Notes under the pieces: generated by a model
Databases searched by the model: none
What the model was told of the DNA's origin: nothing
What the model saw: the letters and a program-made list of their open reading frames with translations, nothing else
Source of the DNA: Candidatus Bathyarchaeota archaeon
GTDB lineage: Archaea; Thermoproteota; Bathyarchaeia; Bathyarchaeales; Bathycorpusculaceae
Length of the DNA: 64,000 nt
Direction of reading: 5' to 3'
Assembly: GCA_963715865.1 (NCBI GenBank)
Contig: OY970280.1
Location: 64,001 to 128,000, forward strand
Made by a program: the position numbers and the translations under genes
Shown: piece by piece, positions 30,772 to 38,310 of the stretch
Numbering within the stretch: the stretch's first letter is position 1
How the letters are laid out: every line of letters starts with the position of its first letter

Positions 30772-30886
30772 TTTAGCCTAAGATCATGCTTGCCCGCCTG
30801 CTTTTTAAGTTAAAGCTACCTTTTTCAAAAATTATGCTGATTTGTACAACTTGCCAGTAATAGGGCTTATTTTCGTGCTGCAACGG

Positions 30887-31294
30887 TTAGATCCATGCTG
30901 TTTCGATTTCTTTGATTTGTTTAATATGTTGGTCGTCTGTGATGCATACTGCCTTGAGTGTAAATGCTGTGGCGGCAATCATGCTGTCTCCCATTGACAG
31001 GTGGTACTTGTGTCGTAGTTCCGCAGAGATTTCTGCTATTTGGTCGTCAACTGGGATGATTTCAAAGTCTTGTTTAAGGAAAGTGACTTTAAGTTTTGCG
31101 GTTTCTCGTCCTTCGGTAGCCATAGAGGTATTGTATAGCTCATGGATTACTATTGTTGAAACGTATTTTTCTTTCCTTATCTTTTCGTTTCTTATTTTTT
31201 TCCGTATGGTGTCATCTTTGGATCTGTAAAGTTGGGTGAAGAATCTGGTATCATAGACTGCTGCTTTATTCATCTTCATGCCTGAGCTTGTCAA
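30887..31294 (-). CDS. vapC: VapC/PIN toxin
   Basis: VYDTRFF, E, GDSMIAATA, TDD.H. Confidence 0.9.
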   Translation of the reverse strand: MTSSGMKMNKAAVYDTRFFTQLYRSKDDTIRKKIRNEKIRKEKYVSTIVIHELYNTSMATEGRETAKLKVTFLKQDFEIIPVDDQIAEISAELRHKYHLSMGDSMIAATAFTLKAVCITDDQHIKQIKEIETAWI

Positions 31295-31496
31295 GTAGTT
31301 TATCTATTTCTTCCGCGGTAGCAGAGTCTGAATATGCTCCTATCATGTCCCATATTGACTTTTTAGGCTTGAGTAGTATGCCTTCTTCTGTGTCAAGCAC
31401 TTCAAGTCTTGTGCCTTCTTCTATTTTGTACTTTTTGCGTAGCCGCACAGGAATGGTGGTCTGACCTTTTTTGGTTACGACAACTTCGGTTTCCAT
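31266..31496 (-). CDS. AbrB/MazE-type antitoxin
   Basis: VTKKGQTTIP..LRKK..IEEG; overlaps vapC. Confidence 0.9.
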   Translation of the reverse strand: METEVVVTKKGQTTIPVRLRKKYKIEEGTRLEVLDTEEGILLKPKKSIWDMIGAYSDSATAEEIDKLLDKLRHEDE

Positions 31497-31613
31497 CTTT
31501 TAACGCCGTATTACTTTTAGTAAGTATTACCTTTAAACTTTGCGGAGAAACTTGCTAAGTCGTTTGTGATCGGTTGCAAAGGCTTTTTAGCCTAAAGCTT
31601 CTCATGTTGACAC

Positions 31614-32177
31614 TTGGTGAGTGGTGTGAGCCAAAGTTTCCTCCTAGAAGCCAACGACTTCATCATGAAAAAGAAAATCCTATCTGCACGAGAACACTAC
31701 GACTTCGAAGACACAGCAGGCAACAAATTAGGCGAAGCCGACGGCAACTTCCTTCAGGTTCCCGCCAAATTTACCGTCAAGGACACTCATGGGTTAGAGC
31801 TTATGCACTTGCAGGGGAAGGTGTTCACGATGCGAAGCGAGTTTACTTTTCACGGTTCAGCTAATGAAGAGTTGGGCACAATAAAGAAGAAAATAGCCAA
31901 GCTCATCGGCGAAGAATTCTGGATAGAAAAAAACGGCGCCGAGTTCATGCGCATCTACGGAGACTTCACCGAGCACGAGTATCAAATGGAAGTCGATGGC
32001 GTCCCGGTTGCTTCTGTTCACAAGAAATGGATATCTGTAAGAGACCAGCTCGGAGTCTCAATAACAGGAGACGTTGATCACCGAGTGGTTATCGGAGCAG
32101 TGATTGTGATAGAACACGTAGAAGTTACAGAGAGGCAATCTTCATCAGGTTCAGGGAATATGAACATTCGATTTTAA
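31614..32177 (+). CDS. LURP-one/scramblase (Tubby-C-like) protein
   Basis: Repeated beta hairpins; GDFTEHEY, VA.V.KKW.S.RD. Confidence 0.75.
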   Translation: MVSGVSQSFLLEANDFIMKKKILSAREHYDFEDTAGNKLGEADGNFLQVPAKFTVKDTHGLELMHLQGKVFTMRSEFTFHGSANEELGTIKKKIAKLIGEEFWIEKNGAEFMRIYGDFTEHEYQMEVDGVPVASVHKKWISVRDQLGVSITGDVDHRVVIGAVIVIEHVEVTERQSSSGSGNMNIRF

Positions 32178-32242
32178 ATATTATCGGAGCGGTAATTGTG
32201 ATAGAACACATAGAAGTCACAGAAAGACAAACCTCGAGCTAA
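32089..32242 (+). repeat. Diverged direct duplication of the LURP gene 3' end (32089-32150 and 32181-32242)
   Basis: Copy 1 encodes IGAVIVIEHVEVTERQSSS; copy 2 encodes IGAVIVIEHIEVTERQTSS-stop. Confidence 0.9.
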
Positions 32243-32292
32243 TGCAAGTTATTTATACTTAAACCTTCAATTCCGTTTTAGGGTGCACACGG

Positions 32293-32586
32293 TTGAGCGA
32301 AGACAATAAAGAGATAATAAAATTGCTCCGTGAACAAAACAAAAACATTGAAATGCTCTGCAAGATTACGGCGCTATCTTTGAAGAAGGAGACGCCTCTA
32401 GAAGAAAAAAAGAAAGAAACCAAGCAAGACCAAATTCAAGTATTGGACGAACTTAACCTTCCTGATAGCATAATCGCATTAATAATCGGTAGCACACCAG
32501 GTTCTGTTCAGAACGCAAGAAGTCTTATGAAGGCTAAAAAAACGCCGAAACCTCCGCAAACAAACACTGAAGAAAATAAAGGGTAA
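32293..32586 (+). CDS. Small helix + HTH protein, paralogue of 34931..35257
   Basis: E...LRE....I..L.K..AL ... I..LD.L......IA..IG.TP..V pattern shared with 34931..35257. Confidence 0.75.
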   Translation: MSEDNKEIIKLLREQNKNIEMLCKITALSLKKETPLEEKKKETKQDQIQVLDELNLPDSIIALIIGSTPGSVQNARSLMKAKKTPKPPQTNTEENKG

Positions 32587-32643
32587 CGAGAAACAGCAAA
32601 AAATAGCTTAAGATCGGATTATTGTAGGTTGGTTAAGAGCAAA

Positions 32644-33396
32644 TCATGTAATTGTTTTTCTTGCTTTAAGAAACCTTGCAAGGTCTACTGGATCACACAA
32701 GACACCAAGATTTTCATTTCCAACTGATTTTCCGTATTCAACAAGCTCTGAAGTAACAGAATCTGCAACGTTTCTTGCCAATACAACCAATACATGCTGC
32801 GGATTAGTTCTATTGTATGCTTTGAGAACTTGATAGGCAATCTTTTCCCAATTAATTGTTCCATCAAGGCTCTTGGAACCTTTAACAACACAAGAAAAAG
32901 TAGTAGGCGTTCCCTTAACACGAACTGAGAAATGCTCCAGATCAGCGACCTCAAGGACAGTATCCTTTCCTCTGCTTCTACAATTTGTCGCGTTCTTTTC
33001 TCTCAAAGAATCCACTAAGGCTTCTTGAATCCTTTCCTCGGGAAGTGTTGCAAGTCTCGTGACGGATTTCTTTCCTTCTTCTATGGGAACGAGTAATGTC
33101 TCAGGAAAAACATCGGAAAAAGTTAGGGGCCCCACTTCACGATACTTTGATAACTGGTCAAGCATTTCATCGAGCGGTAGAACCTCAACAAGAGTATCAT
33201 AATTAATTTTGTTCAAAGAGTAGAATGGGCTTTCAAATGATTTTATGTTATCGACAAGTTCTTTCAGTGAGTGAGGGTCATTTTTTATAATGTGACATGA
33301 GAGTTTCGAGCTAAAATTATCATAATCTCTCCACCCGATAGATTGAATTCGATTAAGCACTCTATTGGTTATTGCTATTTCCAGACTGGGATTCAT
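32644..33396 (-). CDS. Putative restriction-endonuclease-fold (PD-(D/E)xK-like) nuclease, last gene of the wHTH array
   Basis: EERIQEAL helix, E.ADL...VVKG core, Mrr-like Q...AY; ATG 33396 overlaps the upstream wHTH gene. Confidence 0.55.
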   Translation of the reverse strand: MNPSLEIAITNRVLNRIQSIGWRDYDNFSSKLSCHIIKNDPHSLKELVDNIKSFESPFYSLNKINYDTLVEVLPLDEMLDQLSKYREVGPLTFSDVFPETLLVPIEEGKKSVTRLATLPEERIQEALVDSLREKNATNCRSRGKDTVLEVADLEHFSVRVKGTPTTFSCVVKGSKSLDGTINWEKIAYQVLKAYNRTNPQHVLVVLARNVADSVTSELVEYGKSVGNENLGVLCDPVDLARFLKARKTIT

Positions 33397-33790
33397 TTTC
33401 AGAGACCTTTGTTTGCGGTATTGGGAAGTGATCTCTAACGTAATCATCCATTCTCAAAGTCTTAGCCCATTGCGGTTTTGCATAGATTGGGCTTCCACCT
33501 TTAGTTTGCTCTGTGTCATATATCAAACCATGCTTATCCAAATGATCTATTGCGCGCCATACAGTTGGTTGTGACCCACCAACTTTTCCTTGGATTTCTT
33601 TTCCGCTTTTAATTCCATCGACCTCAAGAAATATTCGGACACGTATTAAGTTGCCAGCAAGCGTGTCAGAGACTAACTTTTCGTATTGTTCTCGATTGAT
33701 GTGCTGGCTAACTTCTTGGGATTGTCTAATTTCTTTTATTTCTTTTTTTATACTGATTATTTCTTTTGCCGTATCAGGTGTTTCAGGCAT
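33362..33790 (-). CDS. Coiled-coil + winged HTH protein (array gene 8)
   Basis: IF.EVDGIKSGKEIQ.KVGGSQPTVWRAI..L.KHGLI; SD GGTGA. Confidence 0.8.
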   Translation of the reverse strand: MPETPDTAKEIISIKKEIKEIRQSQEVSQHINREQYEKLVSDTLAGNLIRVRIFLEVDGIKSGKEIQGKVGGSQPTVWRAIDHLDKHGLIYDTEQTKGGSPIYAKPQWAKTLRMDDYVRDHFPIPQTKVSENESQSGNSNNQ

Positions 33791-33801
33791 TCAAATCACC
33801 T

Positions 33802-34107
33802 TTAAAATATCTGCTCATGAACTTGTTTACCATCCTTTTCAACGGTTCTAATTAAACCTTCGCGCCTTAAGGTGCTGATATATGAGCCAACGTATTCAGG
33901 CGTCTTTTTGAGTACTTGAGTTATGTCCTGAGTACTCTTACTTCCATCACACAGGTTGTAGATTTGCAGCTTGACTGTGCCTTCTTTTAGCAAACTTTGC
34001 TTAATTTGGGAAAGGTTTTGTTGATTTGCTAGAAGGAACAATGACTTTTGTTCTTCAAGAACTCTTAGAATATCATTCAGTAATTCTTTTTCTGATTTTT
34101 CAGGCAC
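33802..34107 (-). CDS. Coiled-coil + winged HTH protein (array gene 7)
   Basis: IYNLCDGSKSTQDI...LKKTPEYV..YIS.LRREGLI. Confidence 0.8.
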   Translation of the reverse strand: MPEKSEKELLNDILRVLEEQKSLFLLANQQNLSQIKQSLLKEGTVKLQIYNLCDGSKSTQDITQVLKKTPEYVGSYISTLRREGLIRTVEKDGKQVHEQIF

Positions 34108-34126
34108 TTATAGAACCCCTTTTTCT

Positions 34127-34492
34127 TCACTTTCTCTTAGTTGGTGATTGTACCTCTGGTTTAGAAATGCTCTGCGGAACTACAATGCCAAAGTCTTCTA
34201 AATCAAAGGAACGTTTGAACCTAGATCCGCCTTTTACAGGGATGCTTTCGCCTAACCCTTGTTTAAGCCAAGCCTGCCACATATCGAATACCGTTCTGGT
34301 ACTTCCGATATTAGCTGTTTTGGCAACTTCTACAGTACCACGTGTTCCATCACTTAAGTAATAAGCGAATTTTTTCTGCTCGGTGTCTAAGCTGTCTACT
34401 AGAATAGCCTTAACTTCTTTAATGCCTGCAAATTTTACCCATTTGAGAATTTCGCGCAGAATTTTAGTTTGCTCTGATTCACTATTACTCAT
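34127..34492 (-). CDS. Winged HTH protein, KWxKFAG paralogue (array gene 6)
   Basis: LKWVKFAG...YYLSDG.RGT.EVA...TV...W..W..QG...RF....LEDFGI.VP. Confidence 0.8.
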   Translation of the reverse strand: MSNSESEQTKILREILKWVKFAGIKEVKAILVDSLDTEQKKFAYYLSDGTRGTVEVAKTANIGSTRTVFDMWQAWLKQGLGESIPVKGGSRFKRSFDLEDFGIVVPQSISKPEVQSPTKRK

Positions 34493-34934
34493 TACTTTTC
34501 TGCTCCTTTGTCACTGTATCCAATAGTTTAGATTGCGTTTCCTTTTTTTCGTCTTCTTCATTACCTTTGGCCGACTTAACTTCGGTACTTTGCGTTACTT
34601 CCTGTTTTTCTTCGGCAAACAATAGGTTTAACCAAGAAGGAGGAATGTAATCTAACATTTTGTGAGGAGGTTCACGTTGCGCGTAAGCGACTAAGTCAGC
34701 CGCTGATGCACCATCAAGAAATCGAGATACAGTCATTGGGCTGATGCCAACTTCTTTAGCGATATCTTTAGGCATGCGTTTTCCATCAATCAAAATCCAT
34801 ATCTTTTTGCGCGCATCATTATCTGCGATTTTTCCAAGTTCTATGTCCAGTTGTTTTGAATTCGCAAGCAACAAAATCTTGGATATTTTTTTCAATTCAC
34901 TCAATACAGTGCTGTCTTGATTAGGTAAAGTCAC
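34485..34934 (-). CDS. Coiled-coil + winged HTH protein (array gene 5)
   Basis: IWILIDGKRMPKDIAKEVGISPMTVSRFL; GTG start overlapping the upstream stop. Confidence 0.8.
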   Translation of the reverse strand: MTLPNQDSTVLSELKKISKILLLANSKQLDIELGKIADNDARKKIWILIDGKRMPKDIAKEVGISPMTVSRFLDGASAADLVAYAQREPPHKMLDYIPPSWLNLLFAEEKQEVTQSTEVKSAKGNEEDEKKETQSKLLDTVTKEQKSNE

Positions 34935-35257
34935 TTCTTCGTCTTCTCCTTTGATTTATTGGTTGCTGACTCGAGAATTTCCATAACGCTAGCATTTTCT
35001 GTAACCTGAGGTTTACCACTTATCATTGATTTCTTTTCACCTTTTTTCTTTCTAATACTGCTAAGCACAACATTGATGTTTTCTGGCGTCTTGTTTAGAA
35101 GCTTAGCAATATCTACGGGTCGGAAACCAAGAGAATCCAACAACTCTATTTTTCCTTGCTCTCCTGTAATCCCTTTGACTACTTCCAATGCTTGCAACCT
35201 GAGGAGTTTGTCCATTTTATCTGAGATTTCTCGTAAGAGCTCATCAGTGGTGCTCAT
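34931..35257 (-). CDS. Small helix + HTH protein (array gene 4)
   Basis: DELLREISDKMDKLLRL.AL...IELLDSLGFRPVDIAKLLNKTPENINV. Confidence 0.8.
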   Translation of the reverse strand: MSTTDELLREISDKMDKLLRLQALEVVKGITGEQGKIELLDSLGFRPVDIAKLLNKTPENINVVLSSIRKKKGEKKSMISGKPQVTENASVMEILESATNKSKEKTKK

Positions 35258-35625
35258 TTTTTAGCCTCCAGCTTACTTTCTTCTGTGCTTTGCTTCTTAA
35301 GCTTCAATGAAGGGACAGCTATGCCAAAATCTTCAAGGTCAAACGCTTTTTTAAATCGCTGCCCACCTTTAACTTTGATAGGGTCCACAATCCCTTGTCT
35401 TGACCATGATTCCCAATAATTTCTAACGGTTCCATCACTTACATCCGCCACTTCGGCAATTTTTAGGGTTCCGTTGTTGCCATCGCTTAAGTGATAGATT
35501 AAACGTTTCTGTTCCGAATCCAAGGCTGTCGTGAGCACGTTTCGAACTTCTTTTGCTCCTGCAAATTTTGTCCATTTCAGCATTTCGCGCATTATCGCAA
35601 TAAGTTCATCCATTTGAGTGCTCAT
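35254..35625 (-). CDS. Winged HTH protein, KWxKFAG paralogue (array gene 3)
   Basis: LKWTKFAG...YHLSDG..GT..IA...TV..YW..W..QG...RF....LEDFGI.VP. Confidence 0.8.
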   Translation of the reverse strand: MSTQMDELIAIMREMLKWTKFAGAKEVRNVLTTALDSEQKRLIYHLSDGNNGTLKIAEVADVSDGTVRNYWESWSRQGIVDPIKVKGGQRFKKAFDLEDFGIAVPSLKLKKQSTEESKLEAKK

Positions 35626-36017
35626 TTCTGAGACTCTCCTTCTTCCTTTCCTTTGCTACTTGTATCAGGCTTACTGGCAGCTACACCCGTCTGTTCTTTC
35701 TTTTTCCTTTTTAGCTCTAATGGATTTATGCCTAATTCACGTAAAGTGAAAAGTGCTTTGTAGGCTTTCAGATAATCATTTGGGGGACTAACGAGCCCAG
35801 CTTCAACAAATTTACTTATCCAACCGCTAACAGTTGTTTGGGCGATTCCTGTTTCAGCTTCAATTTTCTGCTGTGATTTGCCTTCAGCTAGTTTTTCGTA
35901 AACTTGGGCTTTTTCTAGTGTATCTATAACCACCTTAGCAACGGACTTTGCTGCGGCAGCAGCACTTATCCGCAAGTAAGTTCGTATATCATTCAAAATC
36001 TTATCAGTTTCACTCAT
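35622..36017 (-). CDS. Coiled-coil + winged HTH protein (array gene 2)
   Basis: ATG 36017 (MSETDKILNDIR); VYEKLAEGKSQQKIE.ETGIAQTTVS.WI.KF.EAGLV. Confidence 0.8.
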   Translation of the reverse strand: MSETDKILNDIRTYLRISAAAAAKSVAKVVIDTLEKAQVYEKLAEGKSQQKIEAETGIAQTTVSGWISKFVEAGLVSPPNDYLKAYKALFTLRELGINPLELKRKKKEQTGVAASKPDTSSKGKEEGESQK

Positions 36018-36438
36018 TCTCTTCAACCTCAGGCTCTGATTCGTCTTGAGAATTTCCGACCGATTGTGGCATCGGCGGCACAGCAAGGCCAACGTCTTCC
36101 AAAGAACAAATCCGCTCATATCTACCCTGATAGCCGTTCGAGGGTATGACAATTCCTAGTTTACTCCATCTTTTCCAATAACGAGCAACTGTTTTGTTGC
36201 TTTTTATGCCTGCAAGCATAGCAACTTCTCTTGTTCCACGTCTTCCATTTGAAAGCTCATAAACCAGAGCTGCAGCATTGTCATTCAGTGCTTGGCTCAA
36301 AATAGTTTTAAGTTGCTGCATACCAGCAAACTTATTCCATTTGAGGAGCTCCGTTAATTTACTTTCAATATTTTTGAGAGCTTTTAATTCTTCTGACAAC
36401 TTTCCTCTCTCTCCCTGCGTATAGGGGATTATCGGCAT
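36010..36438 (-). CDS. Winged HTH protein, KWxKFAG paralogue (array gene 1; start may be TTG 36399)
   Basis: LKWNKFAG...YELSNG.RGTREVA...TV..YW..W..LG...RY....LED.G..VP. Confidence 0.8.
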   Translation of the reverse strand: MPIIPYTQGERGKLSEELKALKNIESKLTELLKWNKFAGMQQLKTILSQALNDNAAALVYELSNGRRGTREVAMLAGIKSNKTVARYWKRWSKLGIVIPSNGYQGRYERICSLEDVGLAVPPMPQSVGNSQDESEPEVEENE

Positions 36439-36627
36439 ATTTAAGTTTTATTGCAAAATTGAATTAACAAGGTCTTTTTATAAATCTTATATATAAACGT
36501 TAATTTTATCTATTCAGCCAAGTAAAAGTTAATCTTCAGAACGAATTATTGTCCCATCTAAATAGCGTTAGAAACCAGAAATGGGCGAAATGGACGGAGG
36601 TTTATCGCTGTTGCCAAAACACTGGTT

Positions 36628-37002
36628 CTACTTTTTTCGTATGTTGCATTGGAGCACTTTTGGGCAGATTAAGCATTCATCTTGTGTAAGCATGCTTTCT
36701 CCTGGTGCATGCAAGAGTCCGCTGAAGTGAGCGCATTTAGCTGGTGAATCGAAAACTGTGGGGTATTCGGTTGGTTTCACGCTTATTATTTTCGTGTTCT
36801 CGGTTAATATGTCAAGTTTTGACATGCAGTAGGGGCAAGCGTAATGCGTTTCTCTGGGAATCACGGATGTGTCTGTGATAACGGTTGGCTTATCGAATTT
36901 TTTCTCGCATCCCTTGTAGGGGCACTTGAGCTTTTCGTCGTGATGCCCGTGGAAAATCTGCAGTTTCACTCGCCTCCCTGATGCGAACATCGAATATAGC
37001 AA
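36628..37002 (-). CDS. Hypothetical multi-Cys zinc-finger-like protein
   Basis: CPYKGC, CPYC, C..F, CLICP...C. Confidence 0.6.
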   Translation of the reverse strand: MLYSMFASGRRVKLQIFHGHHDEKLKCPYKGCEKKFDKPTVITDTSVIPRETHYACPYCMSKLDILTENTKIISVKPTEYPTVFDSPAKCAHFSGLLHAPGESMLTQDECLICPKVLQCNIRKK

Positions 37003-37210
37003 TATTTAATAAACCTTTTCTTTCACCAGTACAGCACAAATACACGAGACAAAAAAGTCTCAAGCGAGATTTGGGCTCGCGACCATTAACTTACCAATGT
37101 AACATACAACTTTTCCCAAGAGAACGAATTTATCACAGGGAATGTGATGTCAGTAATTTCCGTTTTAAGCGTCAAAGTTTATATCGTTTAAGCGGGTCTT
37201 TTATGGTAGT

Positions 37211-37444
37211 GTGAAGTTTATGGTGGAAATTAAGGGTAGGAAGTTCACAGTAATTCTTAGGGAGGAACCAGAAGGCGGATACTCTGCGCAATGCGTGGAA
37301 CTCCCGGGAGCAATTAGCCAGGGAGAGAACCGCAAAGAAGCCCTCGCCAACATAAAAGAAGCCATTGAAGGCTATCTGGAAGCGTTCCCCGAAGAATTTG
37401 ACCAGCTTAAGCGGAAGAGAGAGCTGGTGGAGATAACTGTCTGA
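37211..37444 (+). CDS. hicB: HicB-family antitoxin
   Basis: EEPEGGYSA.C.ELPGAISQGE..EEALANIKEAI..YLE. Confidence 0.9.
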   Translation: MKFMVEIKGRKFTVILREEPEGGYSAQCVELPGAISQGENRKEALANIKEAIEGYLEAFPEEFDQLKRKRELVEITV

Positions 37445-37448
37445 AAAG

Positions 37449-37661
37449 TTGCCCTCTGTTTCTTGGAGCAAAGTCATTAAAGCTCTCACTAAAGCTGGAC
37501 TTAAAATAGTAAGTCAAAAAGGCAGCCACATATTTTTGAGCGACGGAAAGCATAAGCTTACAGTTCCATGTCACGATACTATCAAAAAAGGAACACTTCT
37601 CGCAATCATACAGCAGGCAGGATTAACCAGAGAAGAATTTCTCAAATTAATAAAAAAGTAA
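37449..37661 (+). CDS. hicA: HicA-family mRNA interferase (start possibly CTG 37437)
   Basis: L.KAG....QKGSH......TVP.H..IKKGTL..I..QAG. Confidence 0.9.
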   Translation: MPSVSWSKVIKALTKAGLKIVSQKGSHIFLSDGKHKLTVPCHDTIKKGTLLAIIQQAGLTREEFLKLIKK

Positions 37662-37662
37662 A

Positions 37663-37739
37663 TGGAGCCTCGAGCGGGCCTTGATCCCGCGGCCTGCTGC
37701 TTACGAGGCAGCCGCTCTACCGGGCTGAGCTATCGAGGC
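37663..37739 (-). tRNA. tRNA-Thr(CGT), CCA encoded, no intron
   Basis: GCCTCGA acceptor / TCGAGGC-T-CCA; anticodon arm GCTGC-CTCGTAA-GCAGC; T-arm GCGGG-ATCAAGG-CCCGC. Confidence 0.93.
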
Positions 37740-38079
37740 ACCATAATCGCTAATCAGTGAAAGCCATGTTTTTAAATGTTAATTAAAGCTTTGCGGGTAA
37801 GTGTGTATGCATTTGGCTTGGTCGTTTTGGTTTCGTGTTGTTGTGCTCAAGAATCTTTTTCTTTTTGCATAACATAGAACAAATCATCAGAACAAAGGTT
37901 CTTGCCAAGCCTATTTGGATCATCTAGTAGACCCGGGGGAGGCTGTGAGAGCACACACAAAAGCCTAACGGCAAAGCCGAGCTAAATGCTCACGTGAGCG
38001 TTTAAAGTAGTACTTTTAATTTGGTTAGGAATCCTTTTATATGGTAGTATCATTAACTAGCTGATGAAGGATGTAGAAA

Positions 38080-38307
38080 GTGCAGAAAATCGTTAAAGTC
38101 ACAAGAAAGGGACAGACAACCATTCCTGCGGAAATCAGAGAGAAGCTAGGAATAAAAGAAGGCGACGAGTTGGTCGTGGAAGCTATTGATCAAAGAGTAG
38201 TCTTCAAGCTCATACCTAGAATAGAGGAGTGCGGGGGAATCTTCGCGGGACATGCTGACATGGCAGAACTGAAAAAGGAGATTGACAAACTCCGTGAGGA
38301 ATACTAG
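38080..38307 (+). CDS. AbrB/MazE-type antitoxin
   Basis: VTRKGQTTIPAEIREKLGIKEGD. Confidence 0.9.
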   Translation: MQKIVKVTRKGQTTIPAEIREKLGIKEGDELVVEAIDQRVVFKLIPRIEECGGIFAGHADMAELKKEIDKLREEY

Positions 38308-38310
38308 CTT

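Noticed and set aside
33362-36438. wHTH array as ESCRT-II (Vps22/25/36) or Cdv genes
   Set aside because: Proteins carry single HTH/wHTH units with N-terminal helices, not tandem wHTH, and no ESCRT-III or Vps4 is nearby.
37960-38030. Integron attC-like site (GCCTAAC ... GTTAGGA)
   Set aside because: Outer boxes resemble R''/R' but I found no complementary inner L boxes, no integrase and no repeated sites around the array genes.
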